From Pseudomonadales bacterium (GTDB taxonomy: Bacteria; Pseudomonadota; Gammaproteobacteria; Pseudomonadales; UBA7434), in the NCBI GenBank assembly GCA_013043705.1, contig JABDNS010000036.1:2390-66389 (forward strand): a DNA stretch of 64,000 bases, in the 5' to 3' direction. A program made the position numbers and the translations under genes. Below the pieces are notes generated by a model. The model made no database searches, was not told the DNA's origin, and was given only the letters and a program-made list of their open reading frames with translations. Shown here piece by piece: positions 9,080 to 18,856 of the stretch. Each line of letters starts with the position of its first letter. Position 1 is the first letter of the stretch.

Positions 9080-10275
9080 ATGGCCACACTCTCACAGCCT
9101 GGAATATCCACCACCGTATCGACTTCCTGCTGGTAATCCACACCCTCCACTTCGAAACCGAACAAGTTCAGAAATTCTTTTTGGTAAAGCGCGAAATCGC
9201 ATAGCTCGCGCAAGTTGTCGTCGCTTACCTTATCCCACAGCGTCGCAATTTCCTGCTGCACTTGCGGTTGCATTTCTTTATGGTCGACCCGCAGCCGGCC
9301 CTCGTCGTCCATGCGCGGGTTATCGCCGTACAGCCCATCGGCAAACAGCGCATATATTTGTTCAATACAACCCTCGTATTCGCCGCGCTTGCGGGCAATT
9401 TTAAACAGCAGCGACAAATACAGCGGCATAATTGGTATTGCCGAGCTGGCCTGGGTAACAACGCCCTGCAAAACCGATACGCGCGCGTCACCATTGTGTG
9501 CTTTGAGTTTTTGGCGAATGTCGATAACACGCTTGTCCAAATCCTGCTTGGCCTGGCCAATCGTGCCATGCCAGTAAATATCCCAAGTAAGCTTTTCACC
9601 AAGGTAGGTGTAGGCGGTGGTCTTGGCGCCTTCACTCAACACACCGGCGGCATCCAGCGCATCGATCCACATCTGCCAGTCTTCGCCGCCCATCACGGCT
9701 ACCGTATTATCGATCTCTTCCTGCGTTGCGGCCTCAAGGCTAACTTCCTGCAACACGCCCTTGTCGGTATTGATACCGCGCTGGGTTATCGACTTGCCGA
9801 CGGGCTTAAGCGTAGAGTTATGTACCACAGCTGTGTCGGGGTGCACTCGCCTGGGCGAAGCAAGGCTGTAGACCACCAGGTCAACCTGCTCGAGATCCTG
9901 TTTGATCAGCTCGATAGTGCGCGCTTTTACTTCGTGCGAAAAGGCATCGCCATTGATGCTTTTTGCATAGTGGCCGGCCTGGCCGGCGAACTCGTGAAAG
10001 GCTGCCGAGTTATACCAGCCGGCGGTGCCCGACTTTCTATCGGTACCGGGTTTTTCGAAAAACAGACCAATGGTGCTCGCGCTACCAGCGAAAGTAGCCG
10101 TTATCCGTGAGGCCAGCCCGTAGCCGGTAGATGCCCCAATAACCAGCACCCGCTTGGGCATATCAATTGCGCCTTGGGCTTGTACATATTCAACCTGGCG
10201 CTGGACATTGGCACGACACCCCGTGGGATGGGTGGTGACACACATAAATCCTCGTACGCGGGGCTTGATAAGCAT
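9076..10275 (-). CDS. fabV: trans-2-enoyl-ACP/CoA reductase FabV
   Basis: 399 aa from ATG 10275 (AAGGA 6 nt upstream). [42 protein letters not shown] and TYLG motifs. The track ORF has a 35-codon upstream extension that I reject. Confidence 0.9.
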   Translation of the reverse strand: MLIKPRVRGFMCVTTHPTGCRANVQRQVEYVQAQGAIDMPKRVLVIGASTGYGLASRITATFAGSASTIGLFFEKPGTDRKSGTAGWYNSAAFHEFAGQAGHYAKSINGDAFSHEVKARTIELIKQDLEQVDLVVYSLASPRRVHPDTAVVHNSTLKPVGKSITQRGINTDKGVLQEVSLEAATQEEIDNTVAVMGGEDWQMWIDALDAAGVLSEGAKTTAYTYLGEKLTWDIYWHGTIGQAKQDLDKRVIDIRQKLKAHNGDARVSVLQGVVTQASSAIPIMPLYLSLLFKIARKRGEYEGCIEQIYALFADGLYGDNPRMDDEGRLRVDHKEMQPQVQQEIATLWDKVSDDNLRELCDFALYQKEFLNLFGFEVEGVDYQQEVDTVVDIPGCESVAI

Positions 10276-10406
10276 CGATGATTCCTTTTTTTGGCAAGAC
10301 GGGCTTGGTTGCACCAGAACGGCCATTATAATGTGTCCTGCCGCTTTCGCAGCCACCCGCAGCTTAGTACATTCGGGCAAGCTTCTCGCTGGTTTGGTTA
10401 ATTCCT

Positions 10407-11054
10407 ATGACAGATGAACAATTGCTGGCCAAACCCCGCGCTGCAAATACGTCCGCGGCACAGGATTCGCATTATGTGCACACCGCCGACCTGCGTTACC
10501 AGACCGGTAGCGCGTGGATAGAGGCGGTGCTCGGCGATTTTAACGGCTTTATGCAAGACCATGCTGCGGCCGAAAAAAAGGCTGCCGGCATGGCGATGTC
10601 GATGATTTCACACTACCCGGACAAACCCGAGCTGGTGGAGGCAATGAGTGAATTGGCGGTTGAGGAGATGTCTCATTTTCGCGACGTTGCCAAATGGCTG
10701 CATCGCCGCGGAACCACGCTGGCTGCCGATCGCAAGGACCCTTATATATTGCGCGTGCGTGACGTGATTCGCCTGGGTCGGGATGTTTATTTCCTCGATC
10801 GACTGCTCACCGCCGGCATCATCGAAGCGCGCGGTGCAGAGCGCTTTGGCCTGGTTGCCGACGCCTTGCCCGCGGGCAGCCTGAAAAACTTTTACCGCGG
10901 CATTGCGCGCTCGGAGCAACGCCACCTCGACCTGTTCGAATCACTGGCTCGCCGCTATTTCAGCAATACCCTGGTAAATGCACGCATCGACGAACTGCTC
11001 GATATCGAAGCGGGTATCGCCGCCGATATTCCTACGCGCGCGGCGCTGCACTAG
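10407..11054 (+). CDS. miaE: tRNA-(ms2io6A37)-hydroxylase, ferritin-like diiron enzyme
   Basis: Diiron ligand pattern DHAAAEKKA, EEMSHF, IIEARGAERF and SEQRH in a 215-aa protein. Confidence 0.8.
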   Translation: MTDEQLLAKPRAANTSAAQDSHYVHTADLRYQTGSAWIEAVLGDFNGFMQDHAAAEKKAAGMAMSMISHYPDKPELVEAMSELAVEEMSHFRDVAKWLHRRGTTLAADRKDPYILRVRDVIRLGRDVYFLDRLLTAGIIEARGAERFGLVADALPAGSLKNFYRGIARSEQRHLDLFESLARRYFSNTLVNARIDELLDIEAGIAADIPTRAALH

Positions 11055-11085
11055 CGCAAGTACAAGCACACTCGGCGCACCGTGC

Positions 11086-12525
11086 ATGCAAAATGAAAAA
11101 AACATTTCCCTGTATCTTGAACGCTACGCAGAGGTAGAGGCGGCCCAGGTGCTGGCCATTGCCAACACACAGGATCGAGTGATTTTTAACGATGTAACAC
11201 AGAAAGCCTACCAATTCAGCATCGGCATTCCAGTTTATGATGAAACAGCGCATTTCATCGACGGGCTAGTGTCGATTTGCCACAAGCGCACATTGCTGAT
11301 CCTGGTCGTCAACCAGCCGCTGGGCAGCGCAACCAACAAACGTAACCGCGCACTGCTGGCTCACCTTGAACAAGACGGCAAACTACTAGGGTCAAATGGC
11401 CACATTGCGCTTTACACGCGAAGCCCCCATTGCGACGTAATGCTGGTGGATCGAACTTCACCAAAGCTGCAGCTACCGCCCAAACAGGGGGTTGGACTGG
11501 CCCGCAAGATTGCAGCAGATATTGCGCTGGCGCTGTACGCGACAAAACACCTGTACAGCCCCTGGCTTTGTAGTACCGATGCCGATGCGATGTTGCCCGG
11601 TTCTTACTTCAGCATTCAAGCCACGCTGCCCGATGCGGCAGCTTGCCTGTTACCCTTTTGCCACCAACGCTTTAACCCAGGCAATCCAACAGCCCGACAC
11701 CGAGCGGCCGCCAGCAATGCCTACGACGATGCTGCCGGCGTTGAACAAAACGAGCTCGACTACACCCTGCTCTACGAGAAAAAAATTCGCCAATACGTGC
11801 AGGGCTTGCAGTTTGCGGGCTCGCCGTACGCCTACCATGCACTAGGCAGCACGCTTTGCATTCACGCATTACATTACGCCGCGGTGCGCGGATTTCCCAA
11901 GCGCAACGCTGGCGAAGATTTTTATATTTTGAACAAGCTGCGCAAAACGGGTGACGTGGTCTCGCTTGCAGAACCAACCATTACACTTGAAGCCAGGCGT
12001 TCGCAGCGCACGCCGTTTGGCACGGGCCCTGCAGTGGCCAACTTATACGCGGCGGCCGACCCGCATGCAGCTATTTTTTACCACCCCGGGCTGTTTTTGT
12101 GCCTGCGCACGCTGCTGCAGTGGCAAGCGGCATTGGCCAATAATCACAGCGCCAGGCTTGCAAACAAAGCTGCCGTTGCGGGCCACCAGCCATGGCAGCC
12201 AGCACTATCTCGCTTCGTGCTCGCCACGGCTTCGCCCACTACACAGTCGGTAACAGCATCGCTGGCAAACGCCATGGCAGAGGCACTGTGTTCGCTAGGC
12301 TTCGATGCAGCGCTTAGGCATTGTGAGGCACAGGCTAGCTCTGCCCCGCAGTACGCGCGGCATATGCAGAACTGGTTCGATGCCTTTCGCACCTTGCGTT
12401 GGCTTCATGAGCTACGCACACGCGAGCAATGGTTGCACAACGTTAGCGAAACGCAGGCAAAAAGACTTTGGGAAATGATGTTGCGCGAAGAATTACAACA
12501 CTGCGCAGAAGATTGCCAGGCATAA
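11086..12525 (+). CDS. hypothetical protein with GT-A glycosyltransferase-like N-terminal half
   Basis: IGIPVYDE, GVGLARKIAADI, STDADAM (DxD-like) and AGEDFYILNKL.K.G. I chose the ATG at 11086; the track ORF start at 10978 overlaps miaE. The family is not recognised precisely. Confidence 0.5.
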   Translation: MQNEKNISLYLERYAEVEAAQVLAIANTQDRVIFNDVTQKAYQFSIGIPVYDETAHFIDGLVSICHKRTLLILVVNQPLGSATNKRNRALLAHLEQDGKLLGSNGHIALYTRSPHCDVMLVDRTSPKLQLPPKQGVGLARKIAADIALALYATKHLYSPWLCSTDADAMLPGSYFSIQATLPDAAACLLPFCHQRFNPGNPTARHRAAASNAYDDAAGVEQNELDYTLLYEKKIRQYVQGLQFAGSPYAYHALGSTLCIHALHYAAVRGFPKRNAGEDFYILNKLRKTGDVVSLAEPTITLEARRSQRTPFGTGPAVANLYAAADPHAAIFYHPGLFLCLRTLLQWQAALANNHSARLANKAAVAGHQPWQPALSRFVLATASPTTQSVTASLANAMAEALCSLGFDAALRHCEAQASSAPQYARHMQNWFDAFRTLRWLHELRTREQWLHNVSETQAKRLWEMMLREELQHCAEDCQA

Positions 12526-12555
12526 CGCAGGCGTCAGGCCCGCTATGCCTGGCAA
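12513..12555. terminator. 12-bp perfect-stem hairpin between convergent genes
   Basis: TTGCCAGGCATA..19 nt..TATGCCTGGCAA, overlapping the stop codon of the upstream gene. There is no clear U-tract. Confidence 0.4.
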
Positions 12556-12571
12556 TCGAATCGGAAAACTA

Positions 12572-13066
12572 CTAAGCAGCCGGTATACGTAGATTTTGAC
12601 CTACGTAGATTTTGTCCGGGTCGGCCAGCATCGGCTGGTTGGCTTCGAAAATTGCCGGATACTTCGACGCATCGCCGTAAAAGTTTTTCGCGATTTTGCC
12701 CAAGGTATCACCAGACTTTACGGTATAAAACTGTGCTTCAGCCTCTGGCTTGGTTACTTCCAGTTGGCAATCAACACTGCCAATACCAAATTGGTTGCCG
12801 GCTACCAGTGTAAGCTTTTCAGCACAGCCCTGCGTACCAACCCGGCCGCGCAAGGTAGCACGGTCATTCTCTACAATCACATCCAGGTTTTGTACAAGCA
12901 CACCACTCTCTTCAATGTTTTCTTTAATACTTTTGGCGCGCGCGTTGGCCAGCTCTTGCGGGTCAATTTTTTTGACCTCGGTCATATCAGCATCGTCATT
13001 GACGATATCGAAAATTTTCCCACCTAATTTACTACCGGCCTTAGTAACAAAATCAAAAATGCTCAT
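12572..13066 (-). CDS. kbp: BON plus LysM domain protein (Kbp/YgaU-like)
   Basis: MSIFDFVTKAGSKLG N-terminus, BON segment LDVIVENDRATLRGRV and LysM YTVKSGDTLGKIAKNFYGD. ATG 13066 has GGGAG upstream. Confidence 0.8.
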   Translation of the reverse strand: MSIFDFVTKAGSKLGGKIFDIVNDDADMTEVKKIDPQELANARAKSIKENIEESGVLVQNLDVIVENDRATLRGRVGTQGCAEKLTLVAGNQFGIGSVDCQLEVTKPEAEAQFYTVKSGDTLGKIAKNFYGDASKYPAIFEANQPMLADPDKIYVGQNLRIPAA

Positions 13067-13326
13067 AGCTGACTCCCAATCATTCCAGTTCACTCCAGAC
13101 TCGCTCTGGATTTTACAAAAATGCTCGCAACGCCACCGACCTGGCTTCTAGCAATACCCGGCCGGAATCATTTACAAGCCACATACCTACACTTACAACC
13201 GGCCAGATGGTATCACGCTAGTTGCGCAAATCTTTGCGACATTATGATGAGAATGCCACCAGAATCGCGCCGCTATTGTAAAAGCGCGGGTAAAAGCATG
13301 CGTAAAAGACTGCAAAATGCCCGCGC

Positions 13327-15129
13327 CTACTGGCCAGGCTCACTCTCAGTGCGGTTGCGCCCGGCACGCTTGGCGCGATACATGGCCTGGTCTGCTCGCT
13401 CAAATACTGCCTCAACCGTGTCTTCGTTACCAAAGGCTGCCAACCCGAAGCTGCAGGTAATCGGTACCGGTTTTTGCTTGAACTTGAACGGGCTCGCCTC
13501 AATCGCCTTGCGCACTTTTTCCACAGCTAGACTGGCTGCTTGTACGCTGGTTTCCGGCAGCAAAAATACGAACTCCTCGCCCCCATAGCGTGCCACAAAA
13601 TCACTCTCGCGCAGCTGCTGCGCCATGATTTTCGCAACTATTTTTAGCACTTTGTCGCCAGCGGCGTGACCATAGGTATCGTTAACCTGTTTGAATAAAT
13701 CAATGTCGGCAACCACTAGCGATAGCGGCCGCTGGTAGCGACGCCAGCGCTTGTATTCATCGGCGAGGCGCAGCTCATAGGCCTCGCGGTTGGCAATACC
13801 GGTAAGTGAATCGCGCAGCAGTTTGTCGCGCTGGTCGACAATGCGCTTGCGTGCCAGCTCGCTATCGGACTGCAGCGCAGCTACTTCCGACTGTAATTCA
13901 GTAAGCCTGGCTTCCAGCGCAGCAACATAGTGCATCTGGCCAGCGCTAAACTCGGTAAGCAGCCCGACTACCGCGTCGAGGTTCGAAAAAACTTGCTGCT
14001 GCAACTGCTTTACATCGCCGCTACCCGCCGCACTTGACGCTGCTTTCTGCGTGTCTTCAAAAGCTCTTCGAATCGCTTGCAGCTGCTCGCTTACACCGCC
14101 GTCGAGCTGCTCGCTGTCTGCGACCAACTGTCCGAGCTCACGGCTCAGGTCGCGCACAAAGGTGTCGAAAAAAGTTAACTTGCTGTCTAGCGAGTTAAGA
14201 AAACTTTCAAATTCGCTCTGGTCTCGCCCCAGCGCAGCAACAACAATTTCAACCGTGCTGTCGAGCACATCTACCAGCGCGTCCAGCTCAAGGCCATTTT
14301 GCAGTTCACCGTAAAGCTTTTGCAGCACCGCGCGCTTTTCTGTGGGCACCGCCAACCTTGCAAGCAGCCCCAATAGAATGGCCGCAACTTCATCGCTTAG
14401 CGCCAGGTCCGACTCGGGCAAAGATTCAGCTGCTGGCGCGCCTTGCCTGGATGCAGGCGCCCCCGCGAAAGCTGGTTCATTTTCAGTTTGCTTATCTGCA
14501 ACCGAGTCGAAGCTATCTTTGGCCGCGGTGCCAGCATTTGTTGCAGAACCAATATGAAGAGTCGCGCCTAGATTGCGCGCTGCGCCAACTAGCCGTGACA
14601 GTAAACCACCGCTTGCAATTGCACCCTGCTCTATGGAATCGACGAAAGCGGCCTGGCTAGCGCTAAGCCGCTGCACGGCAGCAAGCACTGCATCATCAAA
14701 CGCAACGCTGCCGATCGCCGGCGGCTTGCGTAGCTTGCGCTGTAACTCTGCTATGTCTTTGCGTGAGGCCTGGTTACCCTGCGCAGATTTTAACAACGCG
14801 GCCATATCAGTTAAGACCTGCAGCAACGCAGTGCCACGCTCGATGCGGGCATGCTGCAGCGCATTGAGCTTTTGCTGCACTGCTTCCAGCTGCACCGGCA
14901 AACTGGCCGGCGGAGGCAGCTGCTCAAGCATATCGCTGAGCTTGGCGAGGCTGCCCTGCAAATTGCCCACATCATCCTGTACCCAGCTGGCCAACAGCGC
15001 TTGCAAATCCCTCGAGTAAACTTGGGTTTTACGATACTGTACTTCGCGTTGCTCTACTTCGACCAGCAGCGCTTGATATTTGGCACGCCAGTTGTCGGCG
15101 CCTGCACCAGCAGCCCGGGCGCTACTCAT
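13327..15129 (-). CDS. diguanylate cyclase (GGDEF) with about 430-aa coiled-coil N-terminal region
   Basis: [27 protein letters not shown] and RYGGEEF, with I-site RESD five residues upstream. The start overlaps the trhO stop by 4 nt. Confidence 0.85.
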   Translation of the reverse strand: MSSARAAGAGADNWRAKYQALLVEVEQREVQYRKTQVYSRDLQALLASWVQDDVGNLQGSLAKLSDMLEQLPPPASLPVQLEAVQQKLNALQHARIERGTALLQVLTDMAALLKSAQGNQASRKDIAELQRKLRKPPAIGSVAFDDAVLAAVQRLSASQAAFVDSIEQGAIASGGLLSRLVGAARNLGATLHIGSATNAGTAAKDSFDSVADKQTENEPAFAGAPASRQGAPAAESLPESDLALSDEVAAILLGLLARLAVPTEKRAVLQKLYGELQNGLELDALVDVLDSTVEIVVAALGRDQSEFESFLNSLDSKLTFFDTFVRDLSRELGQLVADSEQLDGGVSEQLQAIRRAFEDTQKAASSAAGSGDVKQLQQQVFSNLDAVVGLLTEFSAGQMHYVAALEARLTELQSEVAALQSDSELARKRIVDQRDKLLRDSLTGIANREAYELRLADEYKRWRRYQRPLSLVVADIDLFKQVNDTYGHAAGDKVLKIVAKIMAQQLRESDFVARYGGEEFVFLLPETSVQAASLAVEKVRKAIEASPFKFKQKPVPITCSFGLAAFGNEDTVEAVFERADQAMYRAKRAGRNRTESEPGQ

Positions 15130-16106
15130 TTTTGTCGCTGCCGATGCGGTGGCGACGCACCAATATGTTTTTCATCGCGCGAGCGCGCCAGGTCAATCTG
15201 CCGCTGGCGTTCGGCAAAACGCGCTTTCTGGTCACTGGAGGATTGGTCGTGACAGAGCGGGCAACAGACGCCGCGTTGGTAGTGCGGACTTTGTTTTTGC
15301 GCTTCGGTAATCGGCCGCCGGCAACCATGGCACTGATCGAAACTGCCTGGCTGGAGTTGGTGATCAACGGTTACCCTGTTATCGAATACAAAACATTCGC
15401 CACGCCACAAGCTATCTTCTTCGGGCACCTGTTCCAGGTATTTCAGGATGCCACCTTTCAGATGGTACACCTCTTCGAAGCCCTGGCGCAGTAAATACGC
15501 AGTCGATTTTTCGCAGCGAATACCGCCGGTACAAAACATCGCTACTTTTTTATGCTTGGCCGGATCCATTTCACGTGCAACGTAATCGGGAAACTCCCTG
15601 AAGCTTTTGGTATCCGGAATCGTCGCGCCTTCGAAACTACCAATCTCCGTTTCGTAGTCGTTGCGGGTATCAATTATAGTAACATCGGGGTCACTAATCA
15701 GCGCGTTCCAGGCTTCGGGCTCAACGTAGTGACCGACACTACGCGCCGGATCGATATCTTCCACACCCATGGTAACGATTTCCTTTTTTAACTTTACCTT
15801 CATACGGTAAAAGGGCTCGCCATCATCGATAGATTCTTTAACTTCAAGGTTGGCCAATCGCGGGTCTCGACCCAGCCACGCGAGCACCGCATCAATATCC
15901 TGGCGGCTGCCGGCAACCGTGCCGTTAATGCCCTCATGCGCTAGCAGTAACGTGCCCTTGAGGCCCGCGTGCAAACATTGATCGAGCAGCGGCTCGCGCA
16001 ACTCACGGTAATCGTCGAGCGCAACAAATTTATACAGTGCTGCAACGACCAGCTTCGGCTGTTGCGCTACCTGGGCAGCTGCAGTTTTGGTGTTTTCTGC
16101 ACTCAT
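15126..16106 (-). CDS. trhO: rhodanese-domain tRNA uridine(34) hydroxylase (UPF0176/YceA family)
   Basis: [25 protein letters not shown], rhodanese loop [12 protein letters not shown] and a C-terminal Cys cluster. ATG at 16106 (MSAENTK). The longer track ORF would overlap bolA. Confidence 0.85.
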   Translation of the reverse strand: MSAENTKTAAAQVAQQPKLVVAALYKFVALDDYRELREPLLDQCLHAGLKGTLLLAHEGINGTVAGSRQDIDAVLAWLGRDPRLANLEVKESIDDGEPFYRMKVKLKKEIVTMGVEDIDPARSVGHYVEPEAWNALISDPDVTIIDTRNDYETEIGSFEGATIPDTKSFREFPDYVAREMDPAKHKKVAMFCTGGIRCEKSTAYLLRQGFEEVYHLKGGILKYLEQVPEEDSLWRGECFVFDNRVTVDHQLQPGSFDQCHGCRRPITEAQKQSPHYQRGVCCPLCHDQSSSDQKARFAERQRQIDLARSRDEKHIGASPPHRQRQK

Positions 16107-16137
16107 GATGCCGCGATTTTTTTTACCAAAGAGAGCA

Positions 16138-16491
16138 TCAAGATTGACGATCTGCGTTGCGCTTTTCATTGGCACTGCCGCCCTTGCAATCGGGTGATTG
16201 CGGCACAGCTTGACGGTGCGACCATTCGGTTCCGGTAAAGGTATGCAGCGCCAGCGCGTGCACCGGCCCGGCCAATTCTTCGGTCAGTTCCCGATACACC
16301 AGCTGGTGCCTGGCGACCTGCCGCATGCCCTCGAAACGCTCGGCAACCAGCACCACCTTGAAGTGGGTTTCCGAGTTTTCCGGCACCGCGTGCATATGGC
16401 TCTCATTCTCAACAACCAGGTGCACCGGCCGGAACGCAGCGGAGAGCTTGGTGAATATCTTTTCTTCGACAGACGTAGTTTGGATAGACAT
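16138..16491 (-). CDS. bolA: BolA family transcriptional regulator
   Basis: From ATG 16491: [50 protein letters not shown] and SP.C.GG tail. Closely resembles E. coli BolA by eye. Confidence 0.85.
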   Translation of the reverse strand: MSIQTTSVEEKIFTKLSAAFRPVHLVVENESHMHAVPENSETHFKVVLVAERFEGMRQVARHQLVYRELTEELAGPVHALALHTFTGTEWSHRQAVPQSPDCKGGSANEKRNADRQS

Positions 16492-16696
16492 AGCTTCGAC
16501 AGATGCAGGCGCAAAACGTTGATTGCGTGGCGCGGCTGGTGCCCACAATGTGCGGCCGCGCATATTTCAGACAAGTGATTCTAACGCAAGGTTACGAATT
16601 TTCCGCGCTGTGGCTAGTCAAATCGCTATAATTTAACGGTGAATACTGCATTTTCAGCCGGGGCATCAGCCCCTGCCGATACGGGAGCAAGCACGC

Positions 16697-17521
16697 ATGA
16701 GCAAGCCACCTACAGAACGGCGCTTCGACATCATGTTCCATGGCGAGCCGCTGAACGGCACCGATGTCAGCGAAGTAAAAGAAAACCTGCGCCAACTATT
16801 CAAGCTTGGCGACCCGGATCTGGAACGGATGTTTTCAGGCCAACCCATTTCAATCAAGAAAGATCTCGATCGCAAAACGGCCAATCAATACCAGCAAGCA
16901 CTGACACGGGCCGGCGCAAAAATACAACTGGTTTTGGCCACCGCCAAAGCAGCGCCCGGCGACGAGCAAACAGCACAGGGTAGCGGCGCGGCGCAGGAAA
17001 AAGGCGACGCAGCCGACAGCAAGAATAGTGAATCGACCTCGCAAACTGGCGGTGCGCTGGCAATGCTGCCAGTTGGCAGCCAAATCGGGTCCGAGCAGTC
17101 AAGCGAGGCTACCCCTGCCGCAGTAGATGTGTCTCACATTACGCTGGCCGAGAATGAAGCTATTAGCGGCCGCGCCAGTTTCGCCGTGGCTGACCCTTTC
17201 GCCAGCGATGCCGCAGAGGGCCCGCGCTACCCGCCTGCCGATCATATAGAAATTGATACCGGGCTGGATCTTGCCGAACTGGGTAACTTGCTGGAGCGTG
17301 CCGAGGCGCTGCCGCCGGTTAAGGTCGACATCGACCATCTAAGCATTGCCGAGGCTGGCGCCACGCTTGGAGCTGGCGAGCGTGCCGAAGTAGCGGAGCC
17401 ACCCATCAGCGCCGACCTTTCGTTGGCCGATGCAGGCGGTGATTTACTCCAGGCACATGAAAAGCGCAGCGTAGATAGCGTGGAAGTGGATACTTCGGCG
17501 CTGTCTTTGCACGAAAATTAA
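16697..17521 (+). CDS. hypothetical acidic protein: about 80-aa folded N-terminal domain plus a low-complexity tail with repeated LS[LI]AExG-like motifs
   Basis: Long ORF with coding-like composition and no signal peptide. The repeats are listed in the findings. Confidence 0.6.
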   Translation: MSKPPTERRFDIMFHGEPLNGTDVSEVKENLRQLFKLGDPDLERMFSGQPISIKKDLDRKTANQYQQALTRAGAKIQLVLATAKAAPGDEQTAQGSGAAQEKGDAADSKNSESTSQTGGALAMLPVGSQIGSEQSSEATPAAVDVSHITLAENEAISGRASFAVADPFASDAAEGPRYPPADHIEIDTGLDLAELGNLLERAEALPPVKVDIDHLSIAEAGATLGAGERAEVAEPPISADLSLADAGGDLLQAHEKRSVDSVEVDTSALSLHEN

Positions 17522-17558
17522 ATCGTTAGGCGCTTAAGCAATTTACGATTGGCTAGCG

Positions 17559-18233
17559 CTACTGCGCTTCGAGTACGTAGCCCGAGCCGCGCACTGTACG
17601 CAACAGCTGGCGATCAAAACCCTTGTCGATTTTCTGGCGTAAGCGGCTAATGTGCACGTCGATCACGTTAGTTTGCGGGTCGAAATGATAGTCCCAAACA
17701 TTTTCCAGCAGCATGGTGCGCGTTACCACCTGCCCTTCGTGGCGCATCAGGAATTCCAGCAAGCGAAATTCACGCGGCTGCAACGAAAGCTTTTTGCCGG
17801 CACGCGACGCTTCGTGGCTGAGCAAGTCGATTTCCAAATCAGCAACTGCCAGCTTGGTAACCGGCGCATTCATTTGGCCTCGCCGATGCAACGCCTGCAC
17901 GCGTATGAATAACTCGTCAAAGTCGAAAGGCTTGGTCAGGTAATCATCGGCGCCAACCGCAAGGCCTTCCACCCGTTCATCCACACTGACCAATGCGCTA
18001 AGCACAAGTATCGGGGTGACATTGTCCTCGCCACGCAACTGCTCAATAATCGAAATGCCATCGACTTCGGGCAACATCCGATCCACGATCAGTACATCAA
18101 ATTCTTTTTCGCGCGCCAGCTTCAAGCCTTCGTTGCCATCCGCCGCGCGCAACACGCTGTCATTACGCTTGAGAAATCCATCAGCGATAAAATTCGCTAC
18201 GCTATTGTCATCCTCTATTAGAAGTACCTGCAT
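17559..18233 (-). CDS. OmpR/PhoB-family response regulator (no adjacent kinase)
   Basis: VLLIEDD, DVLIVDRMLP, SALVS and TKPF. Winged-helix C-terminus LT.REF.LLEFLM..G.V..R and VRGSGYVL. Confidence 0.85.
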   Translation of the reverse strand: MQVLLIEDDNSVANFIADGFLKRNDSVLRAADGNEGLKLAREKEFDVLIVDRMLPEVDGISIIEQLRGEDNVTPILVLSALVSVDERVEGLAVGADDYLTKPFDFDELFIRVQALHRRGQMNAPVTKLAVADLEIDLLSHEASRAGKKLSLQPREFRLLEFLMRHEGQVVTRTMLLENVWDYHFDPQTNVIDVHISRLRQKIDKGFDRQLLRTVRGSGYVLEAQ

Positions 18234-18373
18234 TTTCCTAACCTTGCTGAAATTTCCCTCTACCAGCGAGCATGTTTACGCATACCCCGCCAACGACTTT
18301 TGGAAGACACTCCCTCGCGCCCAATGCGTATAATAATGCAGAACTTTAATGAATTGCATGGATTGATACAGCA

Positions 18374-18850
18374 TTGCCCACTTTTGCCCCTCTGCACCGC
18401 AGGCTGTTTGCGCTAATCTACGACGTAATGCTGCTCGCCGCGGTACTATTCTGCGTTGCAGGTGCCTATTTTACCCTATTGCTGGTAATTCAAGCGGGTG
18501 GCGAACAGGCATCTTCTTTGGGCGCGGCGCAAACGGGCGATGTACTCAAGGAATTGGAAGTTATACAGCCTGGCTGGCCGTTTTACCCACTAATGAGCGC
18601 CATTTACCTGGGCTTTTTCCTGTATTTCTGGCGCCTTTCTGGCCAGACCCTGGGCATGCGGGCGTGGAAGATACGCTTGCAAGACGAATCCGGCGCCACG
18701 CCCGGTTGGTGGCAGCTTGTGCTGCGCTTACCGGCCGCGCTATTGTCTTTGGCCTGCGCAGGGCTGGGCTACTGGGTGCTGCTCTGGCCCGGCGTAAACC
18801 ACTGCTGGCATGATCGGCTGAGCCGCACGCGCGTGGTAATGGTGAGCTAA
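18374..18850 (+). CDS. RDD family membrane protein
   Basis: TTG start. R..A...YD at the N-terminus, three hydrophobic segments and a C-terminal WHDRLS.T.VV, typical of the RDD family. Confidence 0.7.
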   Translation: MPTFAPLHRRLFALIYDVMLLAAVLFCVAGAYFTLLLVIQAGGEQASSLGAAQTGDVLKELEVIQPGWPFYPLMSAIYLGFFLYFWRLSGQTLGMRAWKIRLQDESGATPGWWQLVLRLPAALLSLACAGLGYWVLLWPGVNHCWHDRLSRTRVVMVS

Positions 18851-18856
18851 CAGGGG

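Noticed and set aside
9262-10110. Long antisense ORFs inside well-supported genes. Examples: 9262..10110, 40581..41375, 43059..43637, 61180..61767, 7022..7603, 33221..33751
   Set aside because: This is typical of GC-rich DNA. The products are Arg/Ala/Pro-rich with no motifs, while the opposite strand encodes recognisable FabV, carboxyltransferase, Rieske, ImuA, kinase and ABC-transporter proteins.
10276-10380. N-terminal extensions in the ORF track. Affected genes: fabV, the GT-like gene (10978), kbp, trhO, bolA, lptG, cinA, both TetR-adjacent genes, SurE-like, imuA and the CTERM protein
   Set aside because: In each case an internal start gives the canonical family N-terminus, has a Shine-Dalgarno sequence or a 4-nt overlap with the upstream gene, and removes an overlap with a neighbouring gene. 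The extensions look like non-coding leader translated by chance.
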